Of a DNA stretch of 64,000 nt, positions 41,424 to 55,394 are shown piece by piece (within the stretch, counting starts at the first letter, position 1; the number at the start of each line of letters is the position of its first letter). Source of the stretch: the human T2T-CHM13v2.0 reference genome, Homo sapiens; NCBI RefSeq assembly GCF_009914755.1, contig NC_060926.1. The stretch is one strand, 5' to 3'. The position numbers and the translations under genes are program-made. A model generated the notes under the pieces. The model had not been told where the DNA came from, did not search any database, and saw only the letters and a list, made by a program, of their open reading frames with translations.

Positions 41424-44082
41424 CAAATATCAAAAAAGGAGAATGCTACCTGGCAGCATTATGCAAGAGAATGGAGACTCACAAATATGTGTAGGAGTAT
41501 GTGTGTAAGTGTAAGAATATGAGTTACCAAAGATGGCCAAAGGTACCTGAGAGCAACCAGTGTGACTGTTGGAGAAAGAGGAAAATTGAGAAAAATCAGG
41601 ATTCCATGGGTAGGTTAACTAGTGAATGAGAATATGGAAATGAAAATACAGGAAAAAGAGAAGCGTGTAGCTTACTAGTTGATGGAAACAAAGGTACAAA
41701 ACATGTAGGATAGTGGGTTTTAAACATTTTGATTATTATGTTAACAATTAGGACTAACACCTCAATGGAACACTGAGTTCCCATAGCACTGTTTGAAAAC
41801 ATCTTAGTGTATGTCTATACATTTAGTAAATGTCTGAAGAACCTCCATGTGATATGGTAAACACTGGTGACACAGAACGTTAATTCCTATGTATGAGATT
41901 AGGCTACCAACTTATTGATGAGAACAAATAATTATTGTGTCAGAAAGTATATCAGTAATATTTGTAGTCGATAAATTTATATTAGTAATAAAAGTTAAAT
42001 GTTGATAGGAAAATAATCACTTTTAATGTTATATATACATATAATTTAGATATATGTATGTTTAACTGGCAACTACTCAACTATAATTTTAATTACTATT
42101 TTATGTCAGAACCTTAGAGCTTAATATATGCAGAGATTTGTTTCTAGATAATAAGTTTGTTTTCATTTATCTTTATCCCTTTATCCATTTCTCTCATGAC
42201 CAACTGAAAAGGCACTCTCTCACCAAGTGAGTGGTTGGAGCAAGACAGTGTCTCGAGATTGAAACAGAACACGATGGAGCTGGAAGTTATAGTTCTGAGA
42301 TCATCAGGAATCAGAGTCAAATCATTAACTAGTGATTATATGCCACACAAGAAATCCTCTCTGGGTTAGAAATCTTAAAATAAGAGGCTGTTATATACAT
42401 TTGTCGAGATAAAATTATTGATTAGTATTTATAAGACTTTGATTTCATAAACTTAATAGACTACATATGCAACTTAGGATATAATTTCAAAAATCTAGCC
42501 ACAGCACATTTGTGTGTTTCAACAAAGTAATGGCTTTTTTGTTATTAGAATAAATACAGTTACCTTGTGAGAAATTGATTGATCTAACTACTTGTGAACA
42601 GGGGAAAGAAACGTTGTTAATTAGAGGCCATCTGTTGCAAATGTGATCTGGCCAGAATTTTGTTTAACATGTGGAACGCTTATAAATTATCTGAGTTTGC
42701 ACATTTACCTTTATTGCGGAGTCTCCCAGCCTACTCATTAGATCACCCGAATGAGGTACACAGCAAACTCATGTAACTATCTAAAATAAAATTCCCCACA
42801 TTTAGGTGTTTGGAATTAGCTATGAAATAATAAAGTGTCTCTCAATAAGATAAAATATTTTTATAACACTTTCTTAAAAACATGGCAGGCTTTAAAGAAA
42901 GGGAGAGTTCAGTTTTTAAATTAAAGTAGGTGTTAAATTGACCTAAGGTACCTTGCAGACATTTAGCCCAGCTTCCTCCCTGGCAGAGGAAGAATTACCA
43001 CCTAGAGAAAAGCACTAAACTGGCAAAAACAGAGCCCAGTCTTCGAACTTGCAGGCCAATTTCCTTTGCATATACCATGCTACCTAATGATCGAGATACT
43101 CTAGAGTAATTCTGAATCCTGACCTCTAGAGTTGAGAGCAATCAGTGGACAAGTAAGACATGGCACTATGGTGCAAAGAACCCCCACTTCATCACATACA
43201 AAATTCATCACATTGGGCAACACACAATAATGGGACTTGAAGTAAGCTAAGAATACGTTATCTTCTTCAGAGAGAGTTAAAATTTAATTTGAATTAAGTA
43301 GAAAATTAGAGACAGTGCAAAAGCATTCAAAATTAGCATTTGCTTATCTTAAACAACTCTTAAAATTAAGTAATTTTGTTAGTTCAGCTATTTTAAAATA
43401 TCAATAATCCAGCTAAAAGTTTTACTAGCTGTTAGCAGACAAAAACTAAGGGAGCTTTAAAAAAACACTGTCTGCTTTTATAATTATTATCCATTACTGA
43501 AATCTTCTAGAGGAGAGATGAGGGCTGGAGAGTAGGCTGCGTTTAGGAAATATTACAGAGGCAGAAATGAGGATTTCAGGGCAGCTACATGCAGCACCTG
43601 AAGATCCCCTGAGGCAGCCTGTCTAAGTTGACTGCTATTTAGAGTGCAGCCCAGAGAGTTTCAGATTTCAGGTTGCTACCCATCCATGGGATAGGAAACC
43701 AATTCAACGGGTCACAACCAGTATTTTAAAATGAAAAAGACTAGAAAATAGGAAAAATAAATCACAAATACTAAGGGACAAGGTGTTTTGAGAAACATTT
43801 GGTTCAGTTGTACATACGTACATGTAATGTTTATATGTGTTTCTTACAGTGAGAAACCATCAGCAAAGTTTGAAAAACATGTATAGACATTAACTTAAGT
43901 AGAAATGAAGGGTGGAAAGATAAGGAGTCTAATTAAATTGAAATTTCTCTTTGAGATGCCAGGGAGACATTCAAGTGGATTTATTTTCCCTTTTATACTG
44001 GATGCCAAGTGCAGAAAATGGAGTTAATTCTCTTCCTTGGTTCATAGCACATAATCATTACTGTCCTTAGGAGAATTTTTAA

Positions 44083-45490
44083 GTTATGTTTCATTTCTAA
44101 TTGGCAAATAATAATTGAATAATTTTATGAGACAATATGTGATGTTTTGATGTATTGTTGTGGATACATTGTCAATATGCTGTGCAATGAAACACCAGAA
44201 TTTATTCCTTCTAACTGAAACTTTATACCAATTGACCATTTCCCCCTTCCCCATCCACTTACCTACCCCACAACCTCTGGTAACCACAATTCTATTTTCT
44301 ATTTCCAAGAGTTTGACTTTTTTAGACTCCACTTAGAAGTGAGATCATACAGTATTTGTTTCTCTGTGCTTGACTTATTTCACTTAACATAAATGTTAAG
44401 TGCAAATGACATATTTTCCTGTTTCTTTTAAGGCTGAATAGTATTCCATTATGTATATCTTGCCACTTTTAAAAAAATCCATTGATTTTTATCTAATGAT
44501 AGACACAGGTTGTTGCCATGAATTGGCTATTGTGAATAGTGCTGCAATGAACTTGGGAGTATCGACATCACTTCAACATACTGATTTGAATTCTTTTGGG
44601 TATATATTTTGTAGCGGAATTGTTGGATCACATGGTAATTCTATTTTTTGTTATTTAATAAAGATTCATGCTGTTTCCCAAAATGGCTGCACTAAATTAC
44701 AATACCACCAAGAGGGCATAACTGTGCCCATTTCTCAGCATCCTCACCAACACTAGCCATCTTTCATCTTTTTGATAATTGCCAAACTAACAGGTGTGAG
44801 GTGATATATCTTTGTGACTTTAATTTGCTTTCTCTGATGATTAGAGATGTTGAACATTTTCATATAACTATTGGCAATTTGTGTGTCTTCTTTTAAGAAA
44901 TGTCTATTTGAGTTCTTTGCCCGTTTTTAATAGGATTGTTTTGGATTAGTTTGAGTTTCTTGTATATTTTGTAAAAGAGCCCATTATCTGATGTATAATT
45001 TTTATACTTTTCTTAATCTGTGCATTTTCTCTTGACACAATTGTGTCCTTTTGTGCAGAAGCTTTTTAGTTTGATGGAATCATGTTTGTCTATTTATGCT
45101 TTTGTTTCCTGTGCTTTTGGGATTACACACAAGAAATTATTGTCCAGACCAATACCATGGAGATTTCCCCCTGTGCTTTCTTCTAGTATCTGTAGTATAG
45201 ATTCAGGAATTGCATTTAAATATTTAATCCATTTTCCTTCTGTACATGTATATCTGGTTTTCCCAACACCATTTTTAAAGACACTGTGCATTGTATATTA
45301 TTGGCACCTTTGTCAAAAATCAATTGACTCTGATGTCTGGGTTTATTTCCAGGCTATCCATCCTATTCCACTGGTCAATGTGTCTGTCTGTTTTTATGCC
45401 AGTACCATAATGTTTTGATTACTATAGCTTCATAATATATTTTGCAGTCAATTTGTGTGATGTCTCAGCTTTGTTCTTTGGTCAAGATTC
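44083..45490 (-). mobile_element. L1MA-type 3' fragment (ORF2 C-terminal region and 3'UTR)
   Basis: Antisense L1 (taaggctgaatagtattccatt, ttggctattgtgaatagtgctgcaatgaac); ORF 45094-45291 WIKYLN...LHGIGLDNNFL matches ORF2. Confidence 0.9.
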
Positions 45491-46139
45491 AGAAGATTTA
45501 ACCAAAAGAGAAAAGAAGAATTGAAACCAATACACAAATGTTATAGTCAGCTAGATAATAATTAAAGATAAATAAATTTCCATAGGAACTTATTAAAGTA
45601 TTAGCTTTACTAATTTTCCTCAATACCTCACCTAGTATTGGTATCCTAATTCTTACAGTTTTTAGAGTATACTTTTACCAACATCTATGTTGTATAGTTT
45701 CTTAGGGGAAAATATGTATTACTGAGTTATCAGTATTGCAAGAGGCCAGCAAATTGCTGCTATGGGTCGAGCACATTATATACATTACCTGAAAAGCATG
45801 GCTAAAGACCAGACAGGAATTATTTCTTCTGATTAACAGGTGAGAAAACCATCACTTGGAGAGGTTATGGTAATTTTCTCAAGCTTTCTTAAAAGACCGG
45901 ATACAGAATCAAGTCTTTCTGTCTTTCAGAATTAGACATTTGCTTGCATGCAAATCCAGAGATTTATGCAAAGGTCCAGAGAAGTTACTATCAAAACTAT
46001 GGAAAATCAATTTCTCATGGTGTTATAATTCATTAATTTATTCAAATAAAGCTTCCAGTGGATTAATTTTTGGTCCTTTTTAAAAAACTCTAAATCCATG
46101 GTAGAACACTAAGGCTAGATTTATATAGTTTATTAATAA

Positions 46140-46370
46140 ACTCCTACATGGGGATTACTAGGTATTATTAAGTGCTCTCTGTACTTTAGAAATATTCACT
46201 CATATAATCTCCATAACACTTTTATGACATAGATATTATTATTATCATCTCTGTTTGACGGAAGCACAGAGAAGTTTGGTAATTTATCTGTGATTACACA
46301 GCTTGTAAATGGCAGAGTTGAGTGTTGAACCTAGGCAATCTTGTTGAGGTCAATGCTATTTATCATTCAC
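46140..46370 (-). mobile_element. MIR
   Basis: tattattattatcatctctgtt...gcacagagaagtttggtaattt...acacagcttgtaaatggcagag. Confidence 0.7.
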
Positions 46371-46443
46371 TATTCCATCTCATGAATTCATCTGGCAAAT
46401 TTCAAGGTGATTATGAAGGGTCACCAAATATATATATTCCTTA

Positions 46444-46523
46444 ATATATTGGTGAAAAAGTAATTGTGATTTTTTTCTATTAAAGGTAATGGCAAAAACT
46501 GCAATTACTTTGGCATCAACCTA
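46444..46523. mobile_element. MADE1 (Hsmar1-derived ~80-bp palindromic MITE)
   Basis: ttggtgaaaaagtaattgtgattttt ... aatggcaaaaactgcaattactttggcatcaaccta. Confidence 0.9.
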
Positions 46524-46665
46524 TAGCTTTCTCTTGTATGTGAAACTATTCTTTTGCCTTATGTTTGGTTTCAGACACTAAAAGCAACTAATGTTGACAC
46601 TTAAATGCCACTTGTGTCATTTCCCAAATTTGTTCTGAGAAACTGCAGTCCCTGAAAATACACAG

Positions 46666-47020
46666 TGATATGGTTTGGCTCTGTGTACCCACTCAAATCT
46701 CACCTTGAATTGTAATAATCCCCACCTGTCATGGGAGGGATCCGATGGGAGGTAACTGAATCATGGGTCTGGGTGGGTCTTTCCCATGCTGTTCTCCTGA
46801 TAGTGAATAAGTCTCACCGGATCTGATGGTTTTATAAGGCGTCATTCCCCTGCACAAGTTCTCTCTTGCTTGCGGCCATGTAAGATGTTCCCTGCTCTTC
46901 CATCATGATTGTGAGGCCTCCCCAGCCCTGTGGAACTGTGAGCCAATTAAACCTCTTTCTTTTAAAAATTACCCAGTCTTGGGTATGTCTTTATTAGCAG
47001 CGTGAAAACAGAATAATACA
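46666..47020 (+). mobile_element. THE1 (B/C-like) MaLR solo LTR, probably nested in a hAT-Charlie relic (~46615-47215)
   Basis: tgatatggtttggctctgtg start; gtatgtctttattagcagcgtgaaaacag...aataca end; TSD cacag/tacag. Confidence 0.93.
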
Positions 47021-48849
47021 TACAGCAAATTAATATTTCCCTAGTTATACCAATGTGAGTAATGCTACAACATATACTACACTCTTGGAAACTCACAATG
47101 CAAAAGTTTTACAAAAAAGAAACCATTTTGCACTTTACTTAATCCAGAGTTTCCTAAACATAGTTCAATGTTAATATATTAAAAATATTTAGAACACAGA
47201 TTTTGGACAATGTCTTATAGTGGTATGAACTTAGGATCTGGTGTTGAACAATATAGGTTCGATTCCTGGACATGGAAAAAAAAAAAACACAAAAAACAAA
47301 CTTCTAAAGACTCAGTTTTCTTATTTGTAAAATGAGAACTGAGACAGCACCTTACTTGAAAGATAGCTGGATGAAAACACAACTCAGTTACTTAGGAATC
47401 TTATGTCTCATGCAAATTACTATAAAAATGTTCACAGACTGGTTTCAGTTGTTTTAATTTTAACAATAGATTATTAATATTTCTAACCTCTCCCCAACAC
47501 TCTTGCCAAAAGACGAAATCTCCTTCCCTCATCATGAAACTTTAACAAGCCCTGACACCTACTCAGGCTAAGAATTGGAAAAACCCATTTGACTTGGTTG
47601 CTGCTGCTGATTTGAGAGCTGAATATCCACCTACACACCATGGAGAAGTGCTTGGGTCTAAAGTGTAATTGCACATAATTTTTTTTGAGAAAATTGTGCC
47701 AAATATCAAAAGCTCCAACTTTATTTATTTTTAAATCCCTGTGCTCTCTTCTCAAAAAGCATCAACATTATTCTCCTTAGCACTCATTTGTGTTGTTGAC
47801 ATTTCTTGTTTAAATTCTAAGCCTACCAGGTCACCTTGAGAACTGCTCACCAACAGAGACTTTTTTCCCAAAGAAGTTTATCCTGTGTTGATAGCAAAAT
47901 GCTACTATCTTCAAAGCCAAATTCTTTAAACAAAACAAAACAAAAATCTTTTTGATTTCTTCTCTTACTGTGAGCCTGATGGACTTGGTCTCCAGACACC
48001 AAACTGTTTTTCCTCTTATTTTTATCCTCTTTTTACTACATTGTACATGTCACTAAATTCACTACCACGAAAGATGGACAAAAGTCATGCTTGTCCCAAG
48101 TGAATTTTCAAGCAGCAACAGAAACGTCAGACAAAAGAATAGTTTCTTGATTCGTCTATATTCTGAATCATAAATCAAATGAATGCAGTAAGCCAATATA
48201 CCCTGCACCCCAACCTACATTATTTTCATGTAGTTCATATCTCTACAACATACCCTGCAAGCAAAACTACATGATTTTCACGTAGTTTGGGTTGCAGGGT
48301 ATATTATAGGGATATGGATACAGGGAGGAAAGGAAAGCTTTATTTGTGGTCTTTGATTTGGGGACAGATGATAGGCACACCCTACTGTTTCTTTTCCCAC
48401 TCATTCTTTTTCTTTTTGCTTTTCTTCCCTTTGTCCTCTCCACCAAGTACAGAATAGATGGGAGGAATTTTGTGAATGGTGTGCATACCGTGGAGGCCAC
48501 AAGAGTACCCGATCCTTTGTTTTCCTTCTCTCTTGCATTCTGTGTTCTTTGTGTGTGACTCTTGTCTAAACTTCTGCTGAGCTAAGTCATATTCACAGGA
48601 AATGTTGAAAACAGGTAAATTTCAAACTGGATATTGGGTGTGTACTGGGGAGAAGACAGAGACTCTCTACCATGGCACAACTCCCAGGGTCAACAATCTC
48701 TAAGCTTCAAGGATCAATATGCAATTTGTTTTATAAAATAAACAAACATAGTTTATAATGAGATTACATAAAATTCTAGCAATTTTTTAAGAAGATTTTT
48801 TTTGACATTTCACACTTACAGAGGCCTAGCGAGAGTCAATAACAGATAT

Positions 48850-49055
48850 TGTTAAAAGTTCAGACTCTGATGTCAGAGAAATATTGCCCTACAATTTAAT
48901 AGCTGATTCATCTTGGGCAAGTCACTATATCACCCCAAGCTTCACTTTTTACCAGATGTAAGATGAAAATGAAATACCTACTTCATAAAAGTTTTGTCAG
49001 GTTTAAATGAGACAAAGTATAAAGGCTTGCATCTAGTAAGCAGACAATAAAATTT
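48850..49055 (+). mobile_element. MIR
   Basis: cttgggcaagtcact...gtaagatgaaaatgaaatacctacttcata; similar MIR pieces at ~47220-47400 and ~49560-49730. Confidence 0.65.
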
Positions 49056-51435
49056 CATAAAAATTATCACCTTTTCTCACATTTCAGTCCCTAAGTAATT
49101 ACTCTCCTCTGACATTTATGTTGCTTTTGTTTAGGTGAATAAGTTAAGGCATCTCTGTTCATTGGTTTGACTTTTTGGAAAATATGGAACTTAGGTCTAA
49201 GGTTCAAAAATCCACTGAGAGTATTAATCTTATGTATTATTTTAAACCATATAATCACTTACTGATAAGTACTGAAAATAAAAGATTGGAAGAATATGTT
49301 TAAAAAACAAAACAAACTAAACAAAAAACAACTGATATTGTGATTAGCAGATATTATTTACATGTGCCTCATTAGAGAAAACTGAAATTGATTATATAAC
49401 TGAATACTACTTTTTGTATGAATTGAATTTATATAAATTATATTTAATGCAAGTATTAACTTATTATATTTAATTTTAAACTCCAAGCTCTGCTACAAAG
49501 GAAACATCCCCATACTACCAGGTCCCAGCTGAAACAAAGAAAAGAAAACAAAATCTACAGCTTGGAGTCGGACTCCAGGCTTGAGTTCAAGTAAAGCTGT
49601 CTTCACTGCACTAGTTATGCAACGCTTAGGCAACTTAGAAATATTTTTTCAGTTTTTTATGTATAAAATGAGATCTCTTTCTCTTCCTTTTTCAATTATT
49701 TTGAGGATCTAATGTGATATTATAAGGAAAAAATACATATATTTATTCAACAACTATTTGCTGAGAACATACATTGTACAGGCACTGTACAAGGTGCTAA
49801 AAATAAACTGCCATATACATAAATTATAATTCCAAGTAATAATTTTCTCATAATATAATTTAGACCCAACTCACAATATAAGTCCCACTCAATAACTTAG
49901 TATTTGTAAATAATTAAGGGTAGGACCTAAGACCAAAAAAAAAAAAAAAAACAAAAGTTCTCAGACTGGTTCCAGATGTTTTAATTTTAACAATAGAAGA
50001 AGAAAATAACTGAACAGAAAAGTTCAACAGGTGGGTTCAACAGCAGACTAGGTCAAGTAAAACAAAGGCTGAGTGAAACTGAAGATATGTCACTGGAAAC
50101 CAATCAGAGGAACAAAAAAAAAATCAGTAAAAACAGTGAAGGTAGTTTAAGAAACTTATGAAACACTGCCAAACAAACTAATATATGCAAGTATGGGGTT
50201 ACTGTAAGGAGCATAAAAAGAGAAATTACCTAAAAGCTAATTCAAAGAAATGCTAGCTGAAATTTTTCCATTTCTAGGGAAAAAACAGACATACAGATCT
50301 CAGAAGTCTCTGGAATACCAAATAAAATAAATCCAAAGAGACCCACGCTGATATACATTATAATCAAATTATCAAAAATAAGAACAGAATTTTGAAAGCA
50401 GCAAGAAAAAGCAACTTGTTATATGTAAGGGAATCCTAGACAGGAGTACCAGAGAATTTTTCAGAAGAAACCTTGAAGGCGTGAACGGAGTACAGTGATA
50501 TATTTAAAATAATAAAAGGAAGCAAATGTCAGTTAGGAATACTATACACAGACAACCTTGTTCAAAAATCTTGATTCAAAAATTGAGAGGAGATAATGAC
50601 TTTCTGAGACAAAAAATAGCTGAGGGAGTTTATCACCACTAGACCTACCTTACAAGAAAGGCCAAAAGGAGTATTTCTAATGAAATTAAAGGATGCTAAA
50701 TAGCAACACCAGAATATAAGAAAGGATGAAACTTGCCTGGAAAGGTAAATATTATCTTCATTTTAAGATAATATTTTATTATTTTCTTAATAAAGATAAT
50801 ATTTTATTACTATAATGATAGTGGGAAAATCAATTTTAATGCTACTACAAAAGTTAAATTGCAAAAGTATTACAAACAACTATACCTAAATTATGTTAAT
50901 TGATACATAATAAAATAGATATAAATTGTGACATCAGTAGCATACAATGTGGGTAGGAGAAAAGGTAAAAGCAGAGAGTTATTGTATGCGAGGGAAATTA
51001 AGTCGTTATTATATTAAGATTGACTGTTGTAATTATGAAAAAAAAAATTAGGTAAGTCCCTTGGTAGTCAGAATGAAAATAGGTATAGAAGTTACACAAA
51101 AAATAAGAGAAAGGAATCAAAATTTATCAATACATAAAACCATCAAAATACATTATGAGAAGGCAAGAGAGAAAAAAAAAGACTAAAGAACAAGACAAAC
51201 AGAAAACTGTTAACAAAATGACAATAGCAAATTTTTTCCTACAAATAATTACTTTAAATGAACTGAACTCTCCAATAAAAACAATATACAGAGAGACTGG
51301 AAAAAAAACAAATAAACAAAAAAATCAAGATCCAACTGCATACTATCTATAAGAAATTCACCGTGGATTCAAGGACACATATAAGCTGAAAGTGAAGAAA
51401 TGGAAAAATATATACTACACAAATGACAAAAACAC

Positions 51436-53077
51436 AGTTTAGGTACTGTGACCTCCTCACATGAATCATAATGGTGTCTAAGATGGTTAATTATTTCTAG
51501 AAAATTTTCAGTTTACTTTGCTTAGATTCAGCAGGGGAATCATTATTTATGGGAGCTATGGCCTTAAAAAAATTTCTCACAAAAAGACTCGAAATTTAAA
51601 ATTACTTCTTCATCCGTAAGCTACAGAATGAATGTTGGCTTAGCAGGCATGAACACATTAATCTCCTTGTACATCTTCATCAGAACTCTGATGAAGTGGT
51701 GCAAGTTTGTCAGAACTCTGGTGAAAAGGTCTTGGGTGACTAGGTACATTTGTACCTAGTAATATTTTAGAAAAAATGTATATATATTTTACTGAGCAGT
51801 AGGTCCCAATAGTAGGTTTGAAATAGTCAGTAAACCATGCTGCAAACAGATGTGATGTTATTCAGGCTTTGTTATTCCATTAATAGGGCAAGTAGATTCA
51901 GGGAGAGCAGATTCAGCAAAATTCTTAAAGATTTTCTGAATAGTAAATAAACATTGACTTCAGCTTAAAGTCAGCAGCTGCATTAACCCCAACAAGAGAG
52001 TGAGCCTGTCCTTTGAAGCCAGGCATTGACTTCTCCTCTTTAGTTATGAAAGTCCTAGATAGCATCTTCTTTCAATGTAATCTTGTTTTGTCTACATTAA
52101 AATTCTGTTTAATGTAGCCACCTTCTTCAATGATGTTAGGTAGATCATCTGGATAACCTGCAGCTTCTACATCAGCATTTGCTACTTCACCATGCACGTT
52201 TATATTATGGAGATGATGTCTTTCCTTAAACTTTATGAACCAACTTCTGCTAGCTTCAAACTTTTCTTCTGCAGCTTTCTCACCTCTTTCAGCCTTCATA
52301 GAATTGAAGAGACTTAGGACATTGCTCTAAATTAAGCTTTGGCTTAAGGGAATGTTGTGACTGGTTTGCTTTTCTATTATTATCTGGATCATTAAAACTT
52401 ACTTCACAGCAGCAATAGGCTGTTTTGTTTTATTATCCATGTGTTCAACGGAATAGCACTTTTAATTTCCTTCAATAATGTTTTCTTTGCATTCACAACA
52501 TGTCTAACTGATACAAGAGGCAATGATTTAGGCTTGTCTTGGCTTTTAACATCCCTTCTTCACAAAGCTTAATCATTTCTGGCTTTTGATTTAAAGTGAG
52601 TCATGTGACCCTTTCTTTCATTTGAACACTTAGAGGCAATTGTAGGTTTGTTACCTACCCTGATTTAAATGTTGTTGTATCTCAGGAAATAGGGAGGCCA
52701 AAAGAGAGGGAGAAAGAGGACAACAACTGGTTGGTTATAACCAACCAGTTATAACAGACACAACATTTATTGGTTAAGTTTGTTGCTTTATATGGGCACA
52801 ATCCATGGTGACAGTAAACAATTTTAATAGTAATGTCAAAGATCACTTATGAAAGATCACAGCAGATGTAATAATAATCATGAAAAAGTTTGAAATATTG
52901 CAAGAACCACCAAAAGCTGACACAGAGACATGAGGTTAGCACATGCTACTGGAAAAATATTGTTAACAGAGTTACTCAACAAACATTCAATTTGTAAAAA
53001 ATGCATATGTGTGAAGTACCATAAAGAGAAGTATACTACACAGGCATACCTTATTTCATTGTTCTTCACTTTATGGT

Positions 53078-53078
<1 letters not shown>
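51436..53078 (-). mobile_element. Tigger1 5' portion (~1.6 kb)
   Basis: Transposase remnant on the minus strand; TIR CAGGCATACCT present but flipped (53041). Confidence 0.92.
52072..52299 (-). pseudogene. Tigger1 transposase remnant (CENP-B-type HTH region)
   Basis: [27 protein letters not shown]...FNVDKT; surrounding frame disrupted. Confidence 0.9.
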
Positions 53079-53112
<34 letters not shown>

Positions 53113-53117
<5 letters not shown>

Positions 53118-53590
53118 GTCATGTGTGACATGATGGATGAACCTGGAGGACATCATGTTAAGTGAAATTAACCGGAAACAGAAAGACAACGCCACATGAT
53201 CTCACTAATATGGAACATCTTTTCTAAAATAGAATAGATATGATAGAAGAGAGTAGAACAGCGTATAGCAGAGAGTGTAGGTAGATGCGCAGGGGGAGCA
53301 GAAAATGGGGTGAGGTTGGTCAGTGGGTAAAAAATTACATTAGAAAGAATAAATAAATTCTGATGTTCTATTGCATAATGCAGTGATAGTGTTTAACAGT
53401 AAGATAGTATATATCACAAGATAGCTAGAAGAAAGGTTTTTCAATGTTCTTACTACAAAGAAATGATAAATGCATGAGGTGATATATATACTAAATGTTC
53501 CGATTTGCTCACTTTACAACATACGTATCAAAACATCAAATTATGATCCATTAATATGTAAAATTACAATGGATCAATTGAATTTTTTAA
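53113..53590 (+). mobile_element. Second L1MA-type 3' end, preceded by (CA)n at 53081-53113
   Basis: atggatgaacctggaggacatcatgttaagtgaaat...aaagaaatgataaatgcatgaggtgat. Confidence 0.85.
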
Positions 53591-55363
53591 ACAATTATAC
53601 CAAGTGTCTTTTCCAGCTACAATGACATGAAATTAGAAATTAATTACAAGAAAATGAGAAAAATTCACAAAGACATGAAAACTAACACACTTGCACAAAC
53701 TGAGTTAAAGAGAAAATCAAAAGGGTATTTTACAAAACCCGAAGATAAAACAAAAACAAAAACACAACTTATCAGAACTTACAGATGCAACAAAAGTAAT
53801 ACTAAGGCGGAAGTTTATATTAATAAATTAAAACATTTCTACTTTAAAAAAAGAATTAAGATCTTACTGAACTTTATAACTCAAAGAACTAGAAAAAGAA
53901 GACAAATATAGCTAGCAGACGGAAGGGAAATAATAAAGATCTCAGCAGAAATAAATCAAATAAACTGTAGAAGAATTCAATAAAACTGATTGGTTTTTTG
54001 AAAAAAAATATGCAAAATCAACAACCCCTTAGTAGACCAACTAAGAAAATAAGAGAGAACACTAAAATAAAAACAGAAATTAAAGGGAGATGTTAAAGAG
54101 ATGCCTCAAAAATAAAAAAGAAAATTGAGGGATTAATAGAAACAATTATATGCCAACAAATTGGGTAACCTAGAAAAACTGAATAAATTCTTAGAAATAT
54201 ACAACTTGCTAAGAGTTAATCAAGACGTAGAAAGCCTGAACAGACCAATAACAAATAAGGAAATTGAAGTAGAAATAAAAAACCTCCCAACAACAGAAGC
54301 CCAGAACCAGATGGCTTCACAGCTCAATTATATCAAATATTCAAAGCACTAATACCAATTCTTCTTCAACTCTTCCAAAATGTACAAGTAGTTAGAACAC
54401 TTCCAAAGTCATTCTATGAGGCTAACACTGTAATCAGTGGGAGAAAAGCTGAAAGCTTTTCTCTGGTTCAAGGCAAAGATGCCCACTGTTACCACTTCTA
54501 TTCAACATAATTCTTGCTAATAATTCATTAGTAAGAGCAATCAGACAAGAAAATAATTGAAGGCATTCAAAGAAGGTATACAAGCAACCAACATGAATGT
54601 GATAACGTGCTCAGCATCACTAATCATCAGGGAAATACAAATCGAAACAACAATGTGAGTGATAGCACCTCACACCTACGATTGGCTATTAACAAAAAGA
54701 TGACAAGTGTTTGTGGATATACGGAGAGAAGGAAACCCCTGTACACAGGTGATTGGAATGTAAGTTGGTACAGCCAGTATGGAAAACAGTATGAACGTTC
54801 CACAAAAAACGTAAAAAAGGACTACTATATGATCCAGCATTTCCTCTTTTGAGTATATATAAAAAGAAGATGAGATCAATACCTCAAAGTGATATCTGCA
54901 CCCCCATGTTTGTTGCAGCATTATTTACAATAGTCAAGATATGGAAACAACCTAAGTAACTTTTGATGCTAGAATGGACAAACTATACGTGAGGTAGACG
55001 CATACAATGGAGTATTATTCAGCCATAGAAAAGAGGGGAGATCCTGTGACTTGAAACAACACAGATGAGGCTGAATGACATATGCTAAGTGAAATAAGTC
55101 ACACATAGAAGGGAAAATACTACATGACCTCACTTATGTGTGAAATATTAAAAAGTCATATACAGAGAAGCAGAGAATAGAACAGTGGTTACCAGGGTTG
55201 GGAAAATGGAAGAAAAGAGATGTTGGTCAAAGGGTACAAAATTACAGTTAAGTAGGATGAATAAATCTAGGGAACCCATGTGCTGCATAATTAGTATAGT
55301 TAACGTTAACAATACCATATAATATACTGGAAATTTGCTAAGTGAATAGATTTCACGTGTTCT

Positions 55364-55394
<31 letters not shown>

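Noticed and set aside
30220-49997. Similar ~2.5-2.6 kb spacing of the two dispersed duplications
   Set aside because: Later TE insertions lie between the copies, so the similar spacing is probably coincidental
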